A stretch of 64,000 nt of DNA from an uncultured Thermoleophilia bacterium. Its GTDB lineage: Bacteria; Actinomycetota; Thermoleophilia; UBA2241. The first letter of the stretch is position 1, and the number at the start of each line of letters is the position of its first letter. The stretch is taken from NCBI GenBank assembly GCA_963798285.1, contig CAWCSR010000003.1:66777-130776 (forward strand), given 5' to 3'. Below the pieces are notes generated by a model. That model was given only the letters and a program-made list of their open reading frames with translations. It did no database searches and had not been told where the DNA came from. This document shows, piece by piece, positions 18,570 through 28,789 of the stretch. Both the position numbers and the translations under genes were made by a program.

Positions 18570-19334
18570 GTGGTGCGTTCCCCCGACATCGGCATCTCCA
18601 CCAGCGGCTACTCCGAGCTCATGCTCCCCGTCGCGCTGGAGAGCATCGCCGACCTCGCCTCCTTCGCCGAGATCCGCTCCTTCGGCCTGCACACCCTGCT
18701 CAGCAAGCGCAACCGCGCCGAGGCGCAGCGGGCTGGCCTCACCTACACCGTGCACGGTCCCTTCGGCTACACCGGCATCTGGGACCTGGACGACGCCCTG
18801 AGGATCGAGGCGCTCGCGGAGCACCGGCGGCACCTGGAGGCGAGCGCCGAGATCGGGGCGCTCCTCTACGTGGTGCACCCCGACTGGCGCCCGCGCGTGG
18901 GGCCGCGAGACCCTGCCGTCGTCGCGGCGCTGTACAGCTCGTTCGAGACCCTGCTCGAGTGGCAGGACGAGTTCGGCGTCGACGTCGTCGTCGAGAACAT
19001 GCCGGGCAGGGACATGTCGCACTTCACGCACCCCGGCGACCTCGACCTCCACGGCCTCGGCCTCATCCTCGACGTGGGCCACGCCAGCATCAGCGGCTGC
19101 CTCGACGAGTGGCTGGACGACCCGCGTGCGCCGCTGCGTCACTTGCACGTGCACGATAACCACGGCGAGGGCGACGAGGACGATCCGCACCTGGGCCTCG
19201 GCGAGGGCGTGATCGACGCGGCGGCGGTGATGGCCGCCGCCCGCGCCGCCGGCGCCTCGGTGATCCTCGAGAACTCCTCGGCGGCGGCCGTGAAGACGAG
19301 CCTCGCCCGCCTGCGGGAGCTCGGCCTGCTCTGA
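18570..19334 (+). CDS. Sugar phosphate isomerase/epimerase (xylose-isomerase-like TIM barrel)
   Basis: YVVHP..., VVVENMPG, LDVGHA, HLHVHDNHGEGDEDDPHLGLGEGVID motifs. GTG start assumed at 18570. Confidence 0.6.
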   Translation: MVRSPDIGISTSGYSELMLPVALESIADLASFAEIRSFGLHTLLSKRNRAEAQRAGLTYTVHGPFGYTGIWDLDDALRIEALAEHRRHLEASAEIGALLYVVHPDWRPRVGPRDPAVVAALYSSFETLLEWQDEFGVDVVVENMPGRDMSHFTHPGDLDLHGLGLILDVGHASISGCLDEWLDDPRAPLRHLHVHDNHGEGDEDDPHLGLGEGVIDAAAVMAAARAAGASVILENSSAAAVKTSLARLRELGLL

Positions 19335-19499
19335 GGCCGTCCGGCGCCCGGTTCGCATGCCCGGCCGGCCCCACTCGCGCTTCACGGCGCGGCCGTCAGC
19401 CCCCCAAGGCGAGCGCCTTTCTGGCCTCGCGGGCGCGGATCTTCAGCTCCGCGTCCCGGTCATCGCGCGCTTCCACGCACCCGGTGACGGCACACGGCC

Positions 19500-19973
19500 T
19501 CAGCCGTTGAGCAGACCCAGCAGCTCCGTCCTGACGTTGCGCAGGCGGATCGAGATGTCACCCGCCAGCCGCTTCATCACCTCGTAGCCGGCAAAGGGCT
19601 CGAGCAGGAAGATGTCTTCGGCGGCGGCCGCAGGGATGACGAGTACCGTGGACTCCTCCACGGCAGTGGCTCCGGCGACGTACTCGTGCGGTGCCACGAG
19701 CGACGACCAGCCGCAGAGACGGTGCTGCTCCGCGTCGAACACGTCGATCGAACCACCGCCGGACGCCGTCATCCGGACGGCGATCCTCCCGGCCGCGACC
19801 ACGAAGAAATCGTGGGCCTCGTCGTTCTGCTCGAAGAGCGACTCCCCCTTGCGCAGCGAGCGCGTGGTCGAGCACGCCGCCAGCTCGCCGATCTGCCGCT
19901 CGCTCAGCGGACGCAGCGAGTCGCAGAGGCGCAGCGTCGCTTCTGAGGTCAGGCAAGCGGTGAGAGGTTCCAT
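19500..19973 (-). CDS. Stand-alone cyclic-nucleotide-binding domain protein
   Basis: 157 aa. LRKGESLFEQNDEAHDFFVVAAGRIAV is a cNMP-binding fold pattern. Confidence 0.7.
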   Translation of the reverse strand: MEPLTACLTSEATLRLCDSLRPLSERQIGELAACSTTRSLRKGESLFEQNDEAHDFFVVAAGRIAVRMTASGGGSIDVFDAEQHRLCGWSSLVAPHEYVAGATAVEESTVLVIPAAAAEDIFLLEPFAGYEVMKRLAGDISIRLRNVRTELLGLLNG

Positions 19974-20019
19974 GTCATCCCCTCCAAATAGACGCCAATG
20001 CCGGCAGCGCTGGTCGGGC

Positions 20020-20493
20020 TCAGCTCTCGAGCACCTCGATCAGCTCTTCCTTGATGTCGCGAAGGCGCACAGAGATGTGGCCGGCCAGCTTCTTCATCAC
20101 CTGGTAGCCCGCCGCGGGCTCTCGCAACAGGATGTCCTCCACCTCGTCGGCGGAGATGGCGACGACGACGCTGTCCTCCAGCGCCTTGGCCTCAGCCACA
20201 TAGACGTGCGGCGCGACCACTGACGACCAGCCGGAGATTCCGTACTGGCCCACCTCCACCACTTCGATGACGCGGCCGGCCGGGGTGGCCAGCCGGATCG
20301 CCAGCCGCCCGCCCGCCACCACGAACAGGCTGTGCGCCACGGTGTTCTGGTCGAACAGGGCCTCGCCCTCGCGCAAGGTGACCACTCGGCTGTGCTCCGC
20401 CAGGGCCCCGATCTGTGTCTCGTTCAGCGGCTCGAGCAGCTCGCAGTGCGCGAAGGTGCTCTCGACAGAAAGGTCGACGGTCGGCGGTCTCAT
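20020..20493 (-). CDS. Stand-alone cyclic-nucleotide-binding domain protein (paralog of 19500-19973)
   Basis: ATG at 20493 after GGGGGGG. LREGEALFDQNTVAHSLFVVAGGRLAI. Collinear similarity to the neighbouring gene. Confidence 0.7.
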   Translation of the reverse strand: MRPPTVDLSVESTFAHCELLEPLNETQIGALAEHSRVVTLREGEALFDQNTVAHSLFVVAGGRLAIRLATPAGRVIEVVEVGQYGISGWSSVVAPHVYVAEAKALEDSVVVAISADEVEDILLREPAAGYQVMKKLAGHISVRLRDIKEELIEVLES

Positions 20494-20627
20494 GTCCCCC
20501 CCTTGATAGACAGCGACTGCTAGCTGAAGTTGTACCCACCCGCCGGCGGTATCAGGCCTTCTGATAGAATCCTTTGGGTGCCGTGCCGGCGCCTCCACGC
20601 TCGCGTCAACGACCGAAAGCGCACGCC

Positions 20628-21465
20628 ATGAGCCAGTCCTTCACGTACACGGGCACCAGCGACTACATCGCCGCGCCCGACCTCATGCAGACGGTCAACG
20701 TGGCCGTCCAGCTCAGCCGCCCGCTGCTCATCAAGGGCGAGCCCGGCACCGGCAAGACCATGCTCGCCCAGAGCATCGCCAAGGGCCTCGAGATGCCGCT
20801 GCTCATCTGGAACGTGAAGTCCACGACCAAGGCCCAGGACGGTCTCTACGTCTACGACACCGTGCAGCGCCTCTACGACGGCCAGTTCGGCGACGGCGAC
20901 GTCAGCGACATCGCCCAGTACATCAAGCTCGGCGTGCTGGGCCAGGTCGTTCTCCAGCGAGGAGCGCGTGGTGCTCCTCATCGACGAGATCGACAAGGCC
21001 GACCTCGAGTTCCCCAACGACCTGCTGTGGGAGCTCGACCAGATGGAGTTCCACATCCCCGAGACGCGCGAGACGATCAAGGCGAAGCAGCGCCCGATCG
21101 TGCTCATCACGTCCAACGCCGAGAAGGAACTGCCGGACGCGTTCCTGCGCCGCTGCGTGTTCCACTACATCGAGTTCCCGGACGAGGAGATGATGGAGCG
21201 CATCGTGCGCGTCCACGTGCCCGGCCTCGACAAGCGGCTGCTCGACCTCGCCATGCAGTCCTTCTACTGGCTGCGCGACCTGCCCGGCCTGCAGAAGAAG
21301 CCCAGCACCAGCGAGCTCATCGACTGGGTGCAGGCGCTGGCGCGCGGCGGGGTCGACCCCAGGGAGATCGCCGCGCGCCTGCCCTTCATGGGCGTGCTGC
21401 TCAAGAAGGACCACGACGTCGACATCGCGCAGCGCGCGCTGGCGTCGGGCCGCGGCCGGAGATAG
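20628..21465 (+). pseudogene. MoxR-like AAA+ ATPase (AAA_5/CoxD-like); one frameshift near 20945 as assembled
   Basis: MSQSFTYTG...LLIKGEPGTGKT in the frame of ORF 20574; ...VVLLIDEIDKAD...ITSNAEKELPDAFLRRC in the frame of ORF 20968. Confidence 0.8.
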
Positions 21466-21519
21466 GCGCCGCGGCCTGACCGGCCACGCCTCGGCCGCGG
21501 CCCGGGCGAAGGGAGCATC

Positions 21520-21618
21520 ATGAGCAGCGTCGGCCCAGTCGAACTCTTCATCATCATCGTCATCGCGATCGTCGTCGCGGTCCTCGTGCTGCGCGAGATC
21601 GGCAAGAGAGGCCGCTGA
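21520..21618 (+). CDS. 32-aa single-TM micro-protein between the MoxR and VWA genes
   Basis: GAAGGGAG RBS then ATG. MSSVGPVELFIIIVIAIVVAVLVLREIGKRGR. Not in the ORF track (below the size cutoff). Confidence 0.45.
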   Translation: MSSVGPVELFIIIVIAIVVAVLVLREIGKRGR

Positions 21619-21627
21619 GGCGCGGTC

Positions 21628-22837
21628 GTGTTCACCGACTTCTTCTTCCTCCTGCGCTTCTACGGGGTGCCGGTCACGGTCACGGAGTGGCTCGCGCTCA
21701 TGCGCGGGCTCTCCATGGGCCTCGTACCGACCGGCCTCGACGACTTCTACGCGGTCGCGCGCAGCATCCTCGTCAAGTCCGAGGCGTACTTCGACCAGTA
21801 CGACCAGGCGTTCGCCGCCATGTTCAAGGGCATCGAGACGCCGGTGGAGATCGACGACGAGGTCTGGGACTGGCTCTCGGACCCGCTCACGATGCCCGGG
21901 CTGAGCGACGAGGAGCGCCGGCTGCTCGCCGCCGCGCTCGAGGACCTCGACCTGGAGGCGCTCCAGAAGCTCTTCGAGGAGCGCCTCAAGGAGCAGACAG
22001 AGGCCCACCACGGCGGCAACAAGTGGGTGGGCACCGGCGGCACCAGCCCGTTCGGCCACTCGGGGTTCCACCCCGGCGGCATCCGCGTCGGCGGCGAGAG
22101 CCGGGGCCGAAGCGCCGTCAAGGTGGCCGGCGAGCGCCGCTACCGCGGCTACCGCACCGACCAGGAGGTCGGCGTGCGGCAGTTCGAGCTCGCCCTCCGG
22201 CGCCTTCGCCAGCTCTCTTCGCGCACCGAAGGCGTGCCCGACGAGCTCGATCTGGATGAGACCGTCGAGGAGACGGCCGGCAACGCCGGCCGTCTCAGCC
22301 TCGTCTGGCGCAAGAGCCGCAAGAACGCCGTCAAGGTGCTGCTGCTGATGGACGTCGGCGGCTCCATGCACCCCTACATCCGCCTCTGCAGCCAGCTCTT
22401 CAGCGCCGTAGATCGCAGCACGCACTTCAAGGACGCTGCGCACCTACTACTTCCACAACTGCATCTACGACCGGCTGTACACGAGCACACGCATGACGTC
22501 GTCGGACGCGATCTCGACGAGGCGCGTCCTCCAGGAGCTCCCGAGCGACTACAAGCTCATCATCGTCGGCGACGCGGCCATGGCCCCCAGCGAGCTCATG
22601 GCCCGCGACGGCATCATCTGGTGGGGCTTCGGCAACGAGGAGCCCGGCATCGAGTGGCTCAGGCGCCTGCGCCGCCACTTCGACCACTCCGTGTGGCTCA
22701 ACACCATCCCCGAGAGCGACTGGGAGCGCGCCTACGGCAGCGTGACCATCCGCAAGGTGCGCGAGGTCTTCCCCATGTTCGAGCTCACCGTGGACGGACT
22801 CACCGCCGCCACGCGCAAGCTCATGGTGCGGTACTAG
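21628..22837 (+). pseudogene. VWA-domain protein, CoxE-like; one frameshift near 22434 as assembled
   Basis: MFTDFFFLLRFYGVPVTVTEWL...GGNKWVGTGGTSPFG...LLLMDVGGSM in the frame of 21628. HFKD|LRTYYFHNCIYDRLY...KLIIVGDAAM...WLN in the frame of 22493. Confidence 0.8.
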
Positions 22838-22934
22838 AGCCGGCGCCGTCACTCTTCGCATCGGTCGTACGACCGAGGACAAACGTCCCATTCAGGGCCG
22901 CCGCCCGGCCGCCGATACCACCAGCGGCGAGGCG

Positions 22935-24548
22935 ATGCAGACTGCCGGTGACATCCTGAGTGGCGGCTCCTCCTACGCTCTCGTCCACCGCGGCGATGAG
23001 GGGCAGGACGCGCTGCTCGGCGACACCCTCGTCCTCCTCGCGGAGCAGGTCGCCACCGCCCTCGACTGCTCCGAGTGCTGCGTCTACGAGTACCTTCCCG
23101 AGCGCCGCGTCCTGCGCGCCCAGGCGCTCTGGTCGCGCGCACTGGACAGCAAGGACATCGACTGGGTCGGTGAGATGCACCGTCTCTCGGACGCGCCCGG
23201 GTTCGCGCGCGTCGTCGAAGGACGCGAGATCGTTTGCTCCTACCCATCGGATGAGATGGGTGCCGCCACCTCGGCATTCGAGAGCGTGGCCTGCTCGGGC
23301 GAGAAGGCGGCCATGTGGGCGCCGATCGTCTACGACGACCAGGTCCTCGGCATGCTCGAGCTGACAGAGAAGGAGCGCGAGCGCCGGTTCACGGCCGACG
23401 ACGAGCGTCTCACTCGCCGCATGGCGACGCTCGCGGCCATCGCGCTGCGCAGCGTGCGCGCCTCGAGGGCCTCCGAGGAGCGCAACCGGCAGCTCTCGGC
23501 GCTCATCGGCGCCTCCCGGGCGATGACCTCGACGCTCGACCTGGACGAACTGCTGGAGGTCGTCTGCCGGCACGCGGCGCTGGCGCTGGATGCCGGCTCC
23601 AGCTACATCTACGAGTACGACCGCGAGGCGGACGCCATGGTGTGGCTCGCCGAGTACCAGCGCGACCCATCGCACACGTTCGAGGAGCCCATGGGGACCG
23701 TCTACCCCATCGACGACCTGCCGCAGGATCTCGCCTGCGTGCAGGAGCGCCGGCCGGTCGAGGCGCGGCTGGACGACCCCGGCCTCGGCGACGTCATGCG
23801 CTCCCAGCTCCTCGAGTGGGGCGAGCAGTCCTCGCTGATGGTCCCCCTCATGGTCGGCGGCGAGGTCGTCGCTTCGCTCGAGGTGGCCGAGGTCGTCTAC
23901 CCGCGTCACTTCACCGACCAGGAGATCGCTCTCTGCGTGGCTCTGGGCGAGCAGGCGGCGGTGGCCATCCACAACGCCCAGCTCTACCGTCGGCTCCAGG
24001 AGCAGAAGGAGACCATCGAGCGGCAGGCGACCGTCGACGGCCTCACCGGGCTCTTCAATCACCGCTGCTTCTGGGAGCGGCTGCGGGACGAGGTGGCGCG
24101 AGCCGGACGCTCCGGCCAGCCGCTCTCCCTGCTCATGCTCGACCTGGACGACTTCAAGCTCGTCAACGACCGCTTCGGCCACCCGGTGGGCGACGAACTG
24201 CTGCGCGCGGTGGGGCGCGCCCTGCAGACGCAGATCCGTCAGGGCGTGGATTGCGCCGCACGCTACGGCGGCGAGGAGTTCGCCGTCATCCTGCCGGCCA
24301 CCGGCTCCGGACTCGACAGCGGCGGCGTGGACGGCGCGGTGGCCACGGCGGAGCGCATCCGCCGCGCCGTGGCCGGTCTGCGGGCGCCGGTCGCCGACCC
24401 CGCCTGGAGAGGCATCACGGTGAGCACCGGCGTCGCCACGCTGCCGCTGCACGCGTCCGGCGCCGAGGACCTCGTGGCGAAGGCGGACCACGCTCTCTAC
24501 GCAGCCAAGTCGCGCGGCAAGGACGGCATCATGGTCGCCGGCCGCTGA
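22935..24548 (+). CDS. Diguanylate cyclase with two N-terminal GAF domains (GAF-GAF-GGDEF)
   Basis: 537 aa. DGLTGLFNHRCF...LLMLDLDDFKLVNDRFGH..GD...ARYGGEEFAVIL. Confidence 0.85.
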   Translation: MQTAGDILSGGSSYALVHRGDEGQDALLGDTLVLLAEQVATALDCSECCVYEYLPERRVLRAQALWSRALDSKDIDWVGEMHRLSDAPGFARVVEGREIVCSYPSDEMGAATSAFESVACSGEKAAMWAPIVYDDQVLGMLELTEKERERRFTADDERLTRRMATLAAIALRSVRASRASEERNRQLSALIGASRAMTSTLDLDELLEVVCRHAALALDAGSSYIYEYDREADAMVWLAEYQRDPSHTFEEPMGTVYPIDDLPQDLACVQERRPVEARLDDPGLGDVMRSQLLEWGEQSSLMVPLMVGGEVVASLEVAEVVYPRHFTDQEIALCVALGEQAAVAIHNAQLYRRLQEQKETIERQATVDGLTGLFNHRCFWERLRDEVARAGRSGQPLSLLMLDLDDFKLVNDRFGHPVGDELLRAVGRALQTQIRQGVDCAARYGGEEFAVILPATGSGLDSGGVDGAVATAERIRRAVAGLRAPVADPAWRGITVSTGVATLPLHASGAEDLVAKADHALYAAKSRGKDGIMVAGR

Positions 24549-24581
24549 CGCGCCGCGGCGCCGACGACCACCGTCATCATC

Positions 24582-26271
24582 TCAGGGCTTGTCGCCCAGG
24601 CAGTACAGGTAGCCGTCGCGGCAGCCGACGTACAGGCGGCCGTTCCACAGCGTCGGCGTGGACTCGAAACCGCCGCCGGCGAAGAACTGGTCACGCTCCT
24701 TGAGCGACACCGTCCAGTAGTCGCCGTCGCCGTTCGCGCTGGGCAGGGCGCCGGCGTCGCCCTTCTGGGCCGGCGTGTACGTGATGTCGTAGAGGTGCAC
24801 GCGCTGGTCGTAGCCGGCGGACACCAGCCCGGTCGCGAACAGGAGCGGCGTGGAGACGGACGCCGCCGTTCCAGAACCTCGCCACTTGGACCGGCGTCTT
24901 CAGCCCCTTGGCGAGGTTCGGACCGGCGACCGTGGTCGCCGCCATCGTGTCCTGCGAGACGACGTACAGGTAGCCGTCGATGGCGTTGAACGCGCAGAGC
25001 GCCGGGTACTTGCCATCCCGGTTGTAGTCGTCGTTGACGCCGGCGGAGCCGATGATCCCGCCGGCCCAGTCCCCGACCTTGCGGTTCCCGGTGGGGAAGT
25101 ACCACACCGTCGCCTTGTCGGCCGGCTTTGCCGGGTCGACGGCGAGCATGCCTCCCTTGCCCTTGATGAACTGCTTCTCTACCGGGACCAGAAGCAGCCC
25201 CTTGCGCGTGGGCACGGCCGTGCCGTTCAGGTCAGACCCGACGAAGTAGTCCCAGACGACGGCGAGGTCGGAGCGCCGGAGCCCGTACACGTGGCCGGCG
25301 CCCGAGGTGATGTAGAGGTTCTTGCCGACCGCCGCGGCCGACGACTCGAGCGCGAGGTCGTCCTTGTGGTTCGCGTTACGCGCATCGCCGAGCAGCAACT
25401 GCCGGCGCACCACGACCGGCTGCTTCCATGGCGCCCAGGGCTGCGTCTTCAGCGGGTCGAGCGCGTAGAACCAGCCGCTCTCGACCCCGACGTAGAAGAG
25501 CCCGTCGTAGAAGAAGCCGCTGCCGTCGCAGTCGCGGCTGTAGTTCCTGGTCCGTGGCACGGGCAGGCGCCAGAGCTCCTTGCCGCTGCCGAAGGTGACG
25601 GCGCGCAGCGGCGCCACGCCCGGGTCGTCGATCTTGAGCGGGTAGCCGCGCCGCGACCCCGCGACGACGATGTACTTGTCGTCGGGGCCCGTCGGCGAGG
25701 GGTTCCGGAACACCGACGGGCTGCTCTTGATGATGTCGTCGAACTTGTACGCCCAGACGACCCTGCCGGTGGCCGCGTCGATGCGGCGCAGGTTGTACGA
25801 GTACGAGCTGGCGACCACGTACGTCTTGCCGCCGTCGACGACGATGTCGGGCTGGCCGGTCCACCCGCTCCCCGCCCACTTGCTCGGCTTGTCCGAGTCG
25901 TACTTGCCGGAGCTCCAGTTGCTGCCCAGGTCGATCTTCCAGAGCAGGTCGAGGTGCCTGGGCAGCGGGCCGAGGCCGTAGAAGCGGCGCGAGTAGTCTC
26001 CGAGAAAGGTACCGACCTTGACGCCGTCACCGGCCACCGTCGGCATCGTAGGGGCCGGGATCGGCCGCGCCTGAGCGACGGGCTCGGCGCTGCCGCCGCA
26101 GCCGCAGCCGGCGCACGAGGCGGCGCGCCAGACCAGCAGGATGACGAGGACCGCGAGGATGAGGAGCACGACGCCGCGCCGGCGCCGGAGTTGGCGCTGG
26201 CGTTCAGCTGAACGACGGCGTTGCGGCCGCCGGTCTTGTCCGGCCGACGTCTCGATGGCGCGACGATACAT
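24582..26271 (-). pseudogene. Membrane-anchored PQQ-like/BamB-like beta-propeller repeat protein; one frameshift near 24870 as assembled
   Basis: MYRRAIE... with TM VVLLILAVLVILLVW. Repeated ...G.LY..S..G.VY.L blades. The last blade (GRLYVGCRDGYLYCLG) is in the frame of ORF 24582-24824. Confidence 0.6.
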
Positions 26272-26459
26272 CAAGCAGGCTCGCCGCGCGCGGCTTTCAT
26301 TGCCCAGTCGGCGCCCCCCGGCCCGCGGCTGCCGCACCTTGGCGCGCCCGTACCGTCACCGATGTGGATGCCCCTCCGGGCGCCAGCGGGTAGGATGCCG
26401 GTGGCCGGCCGGCGAGGGCTCGCCGGCCGCCCGGCCCACGAACGACCCCGGAGGGTTCC

Positions 26460-27530
26460 ATGACGACCGACCTCGATCTGCTGCGCGACCTGTGCGCTGC
26501 TCCTGCCCCGACCGGGTTCGAAGCACCCGTTCAGGACCTCGTCCGGCAGCGCCTCTCCGCGCTCACGGAGCCGAAGGGTGACCCGCTGGGCAACGTCTGG
26601 GGTACCGTCGCGGGCAAGGGCGCTCCGGGCGTCGTGGTCACGGCCCACGCCGACCAGATCGGCCTCATCGTCACCTACGTGGACGAACACGGCTTCGTCT
26701 CGTTCGACAAGATCGGCGGCGTCGACCCCCAGCTGCTCCCCGGCCGCAACCTCGTCGTCCACGGCGCCAAGGGACTCGTGAACGGCGTCGTCGGCCGCAA
26801 GCCCTCGCACAAGATGAGCAAGGACGAGCGCTCCAAGGCGCCCGACCTCTCAGACCAGTGGCTCGACCTCGGCTGCTCCACACGCGACGAGGCGCTCGCC
26901 CTCGTGCAGATCGGCGACCCGATCACGTTCCCGCCGAACTTCCTGCCGCTCGCCGGCGGCCGCTACGCCTCGCCGGCGTTCGACAACCGCGCCGGCGTGT
27001 ACGTGTGCCTGCGCACGCTCGAGCACTACGCCGCGGCGCCGGCCGAGGCCGACCTCACGGCGCTGCTCACGGTGCACGAGGAGACGACGTTCATGGGCGC
27101 CAAAGCGATGGCCATCCGCTGGCAGCCGGACGTGATCATCGTCGTCGACGTGGACTTCGCCAGCGACGACCCCGGCCTGGACGCCAAGAAGCTCGGCGGC
27201 GAGGTCAAGCTCGGCGCCGGACCGGTGATCCACCGCGGCGCCGCCGGCAACCTCGCGCTCACCGACCTCGCCATCGCGGTCGCCAAAGACGAGGGCATCC
27301 CGGTGCAGGTCAAGGCGATGCCCGGCAACACGTCGACGGACGCCGAAGAGCTGATGGCCGCCGGCAACGCGGCGACGCTGTCGTTCAGCATCCCGGTGCG
27401 CAACATGCACTCGGCGTTCGAGGTCACGCAGCCGGACGACGCCGAGGCCGGGGCGCTCCTGGCGGCCGCGGTGACGCGACGCGTCGCCGAGGGTGGCTGG
27501 GACGCCGGCCGCTTCATCCCGCGCGTCTGA
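26460..27530 (+). CDS. M42 family metallopeptidase (FrvX/CelM-like aminopeptidase)
   Basis: 356 aa. APTGFE...VVVTAHADQIGLIV...FDNRAGV...VHEETTFMGA...DVDFA. Confidence 0.8.
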   Translation: MTTDLDLLRDLCAAPAPTGFEAPVQDLVRQRLSALTEPKGDPLGNVWGTVAGKGAPGVVVTAHADQIGLIVTYVDEHGFVSFDKIGGVDPQLLPGRNLVVHGAKGLVNGVVGRKPSHKMSKDERSKAPDLSDQWLDLGCSTRDEALALVQIGDPITFPPNFLPLAGGRYASPAFDNRAGVYVCLRTLEHYAAAPAEADLTALLTVHEETTFMGAKAMAIRWQPDVIIVVDVDFASDDPGLDAKKLGGEVKLGAGPVIHRGAAGNLALTDLAIAVAKDEGIPVQVKAMPGNTSTDAEELMAAGNAATLSFSIPVRNMHSAFEVTQPDDAEAGALLAAAVTRRVAEGGWDAGRFIPRV

Positions 27531-27581
27531 GCGCGGGACCGGGCGGCTGTCAGCGCCCGGGGGAGGCGGCGCCGCCGCCGC

Positions 27582-28690
27582 TCAGCGCAGCGCGGCGGCA
27601 GTCCGTTCGGCCGCCGCCGCGACCGGCTCGGCCGGCGGCGCGCCCAGCGTGGACGCCAGCTCGCGCGCCATGACCGGCTGCCACTTGAGGCGGCCCGGCG
27701 CGAGCAGGTGGAACAGGTCGGCGAAGTCGCCGTCCGTGAGCTTCACGGCGTGCTCGACGTCGATGTAGGGCACGCCGTAGCGCGCGGCGAGCGCGCGCGC
27801 ACGCTTGTGGTAGGCCGGCACCACGCCGTTCCAGGTCGGGCCGGCCGCCGAGGCATTGAGCGGCTGGTCGTACAGCACGACGCTGTAGCCGCGCTCCTGC
27901 GCCAGCTTGAGGACGTCCTCGCAGCATGGCGAAGTTGTAGTCCGCGTTCTGGCGATACAGCTTCGCGTCCGTGGCGAGCACGGTGAGGACGTTGCGCCGT
28001 TTGCCGAGGGGAGAAGCCCCGGTCGCGCCCCACGGGTAGTAGTGCGGCGCGTACTTGATCCGCGCGCCCCAGAGCGCCGTCCCGACTCCGATCCCGCGCT
28101 CGTGCAGGTACGAGCCCAGGTAGTCGAAGATGCCGGGGATGGCGCCTGCGGCATTGGCCGTCTTGCCGAAGTACTTCGGTCCGACCTGGTCCAGCCGCGG
28201 GCTGCGCACCAGGAGCGTGTGACCGGCGAGCAGGGACGCGTCCCGCGATGGTGCGCCGTCGAGGCGGATCGGCGCCAGCCCGATGGCGATCGTGGCCGGC
28301 CCCGGCGGCAGGTTGTCGACGAGCGCCAGCGTCATGGCCATGCTCTCCTGGTGGGCGGCGAGGCTCACGACCTGCACCGGCTGCTTCGCATCGTGGCCGA
28401 TCTGCCCTGCGAGCGAGGCCTCGCTGACGATGCACTCCATGGTGCCGGAGCCACCGAAGAGATATACGGTGCGCGTGGCCGGCGGGTGCTCCTTGAGCTG
28501 CTGCACCTTGACGGAGACGTGCAGGTAGTCGTCGTGCGGGATGCGCAGGAGGCGGCCTTCGTCGACCGCGGTCAGGCCGCCGTCGAACAGGATGCCCTGC
28601 AAGACGAAGAGCGCGACCAGCGTGACGAGGGCGGCCGCGACCAGCACCAGCGGGTTGCGCTGACGAAAACCGCGGCCGAACGCCAGCCAT
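27582..28690 (-). pseudogene. DltD-like (SGNH-like) extracytoplasmic acyl-transferase/esterase, paralog 3; two frame breaks as assembled (~28684 and ~27926)
   Basis: ATG at 28690, then a +1 shift gives (M)AAFGRGFRQRNPLVLVAAALV (TM). LFGGSGTME. C-terminal DGDFADLFHLLAPGRLKW in the frame of ORF 27582-28154. Collinear with 30034-31110 and 31110-32177. Confidence 0.7.
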
Positions 28691-28789
28691 GAGTCGGTGC
28701 TCTGTCCGTCACGGAGTGCCAATCTGTACCTCACAGGCTCCTTGGTGCTGATGGTCTCACAGGATGAACGCTCAGGGCCAGCAGGTGGT

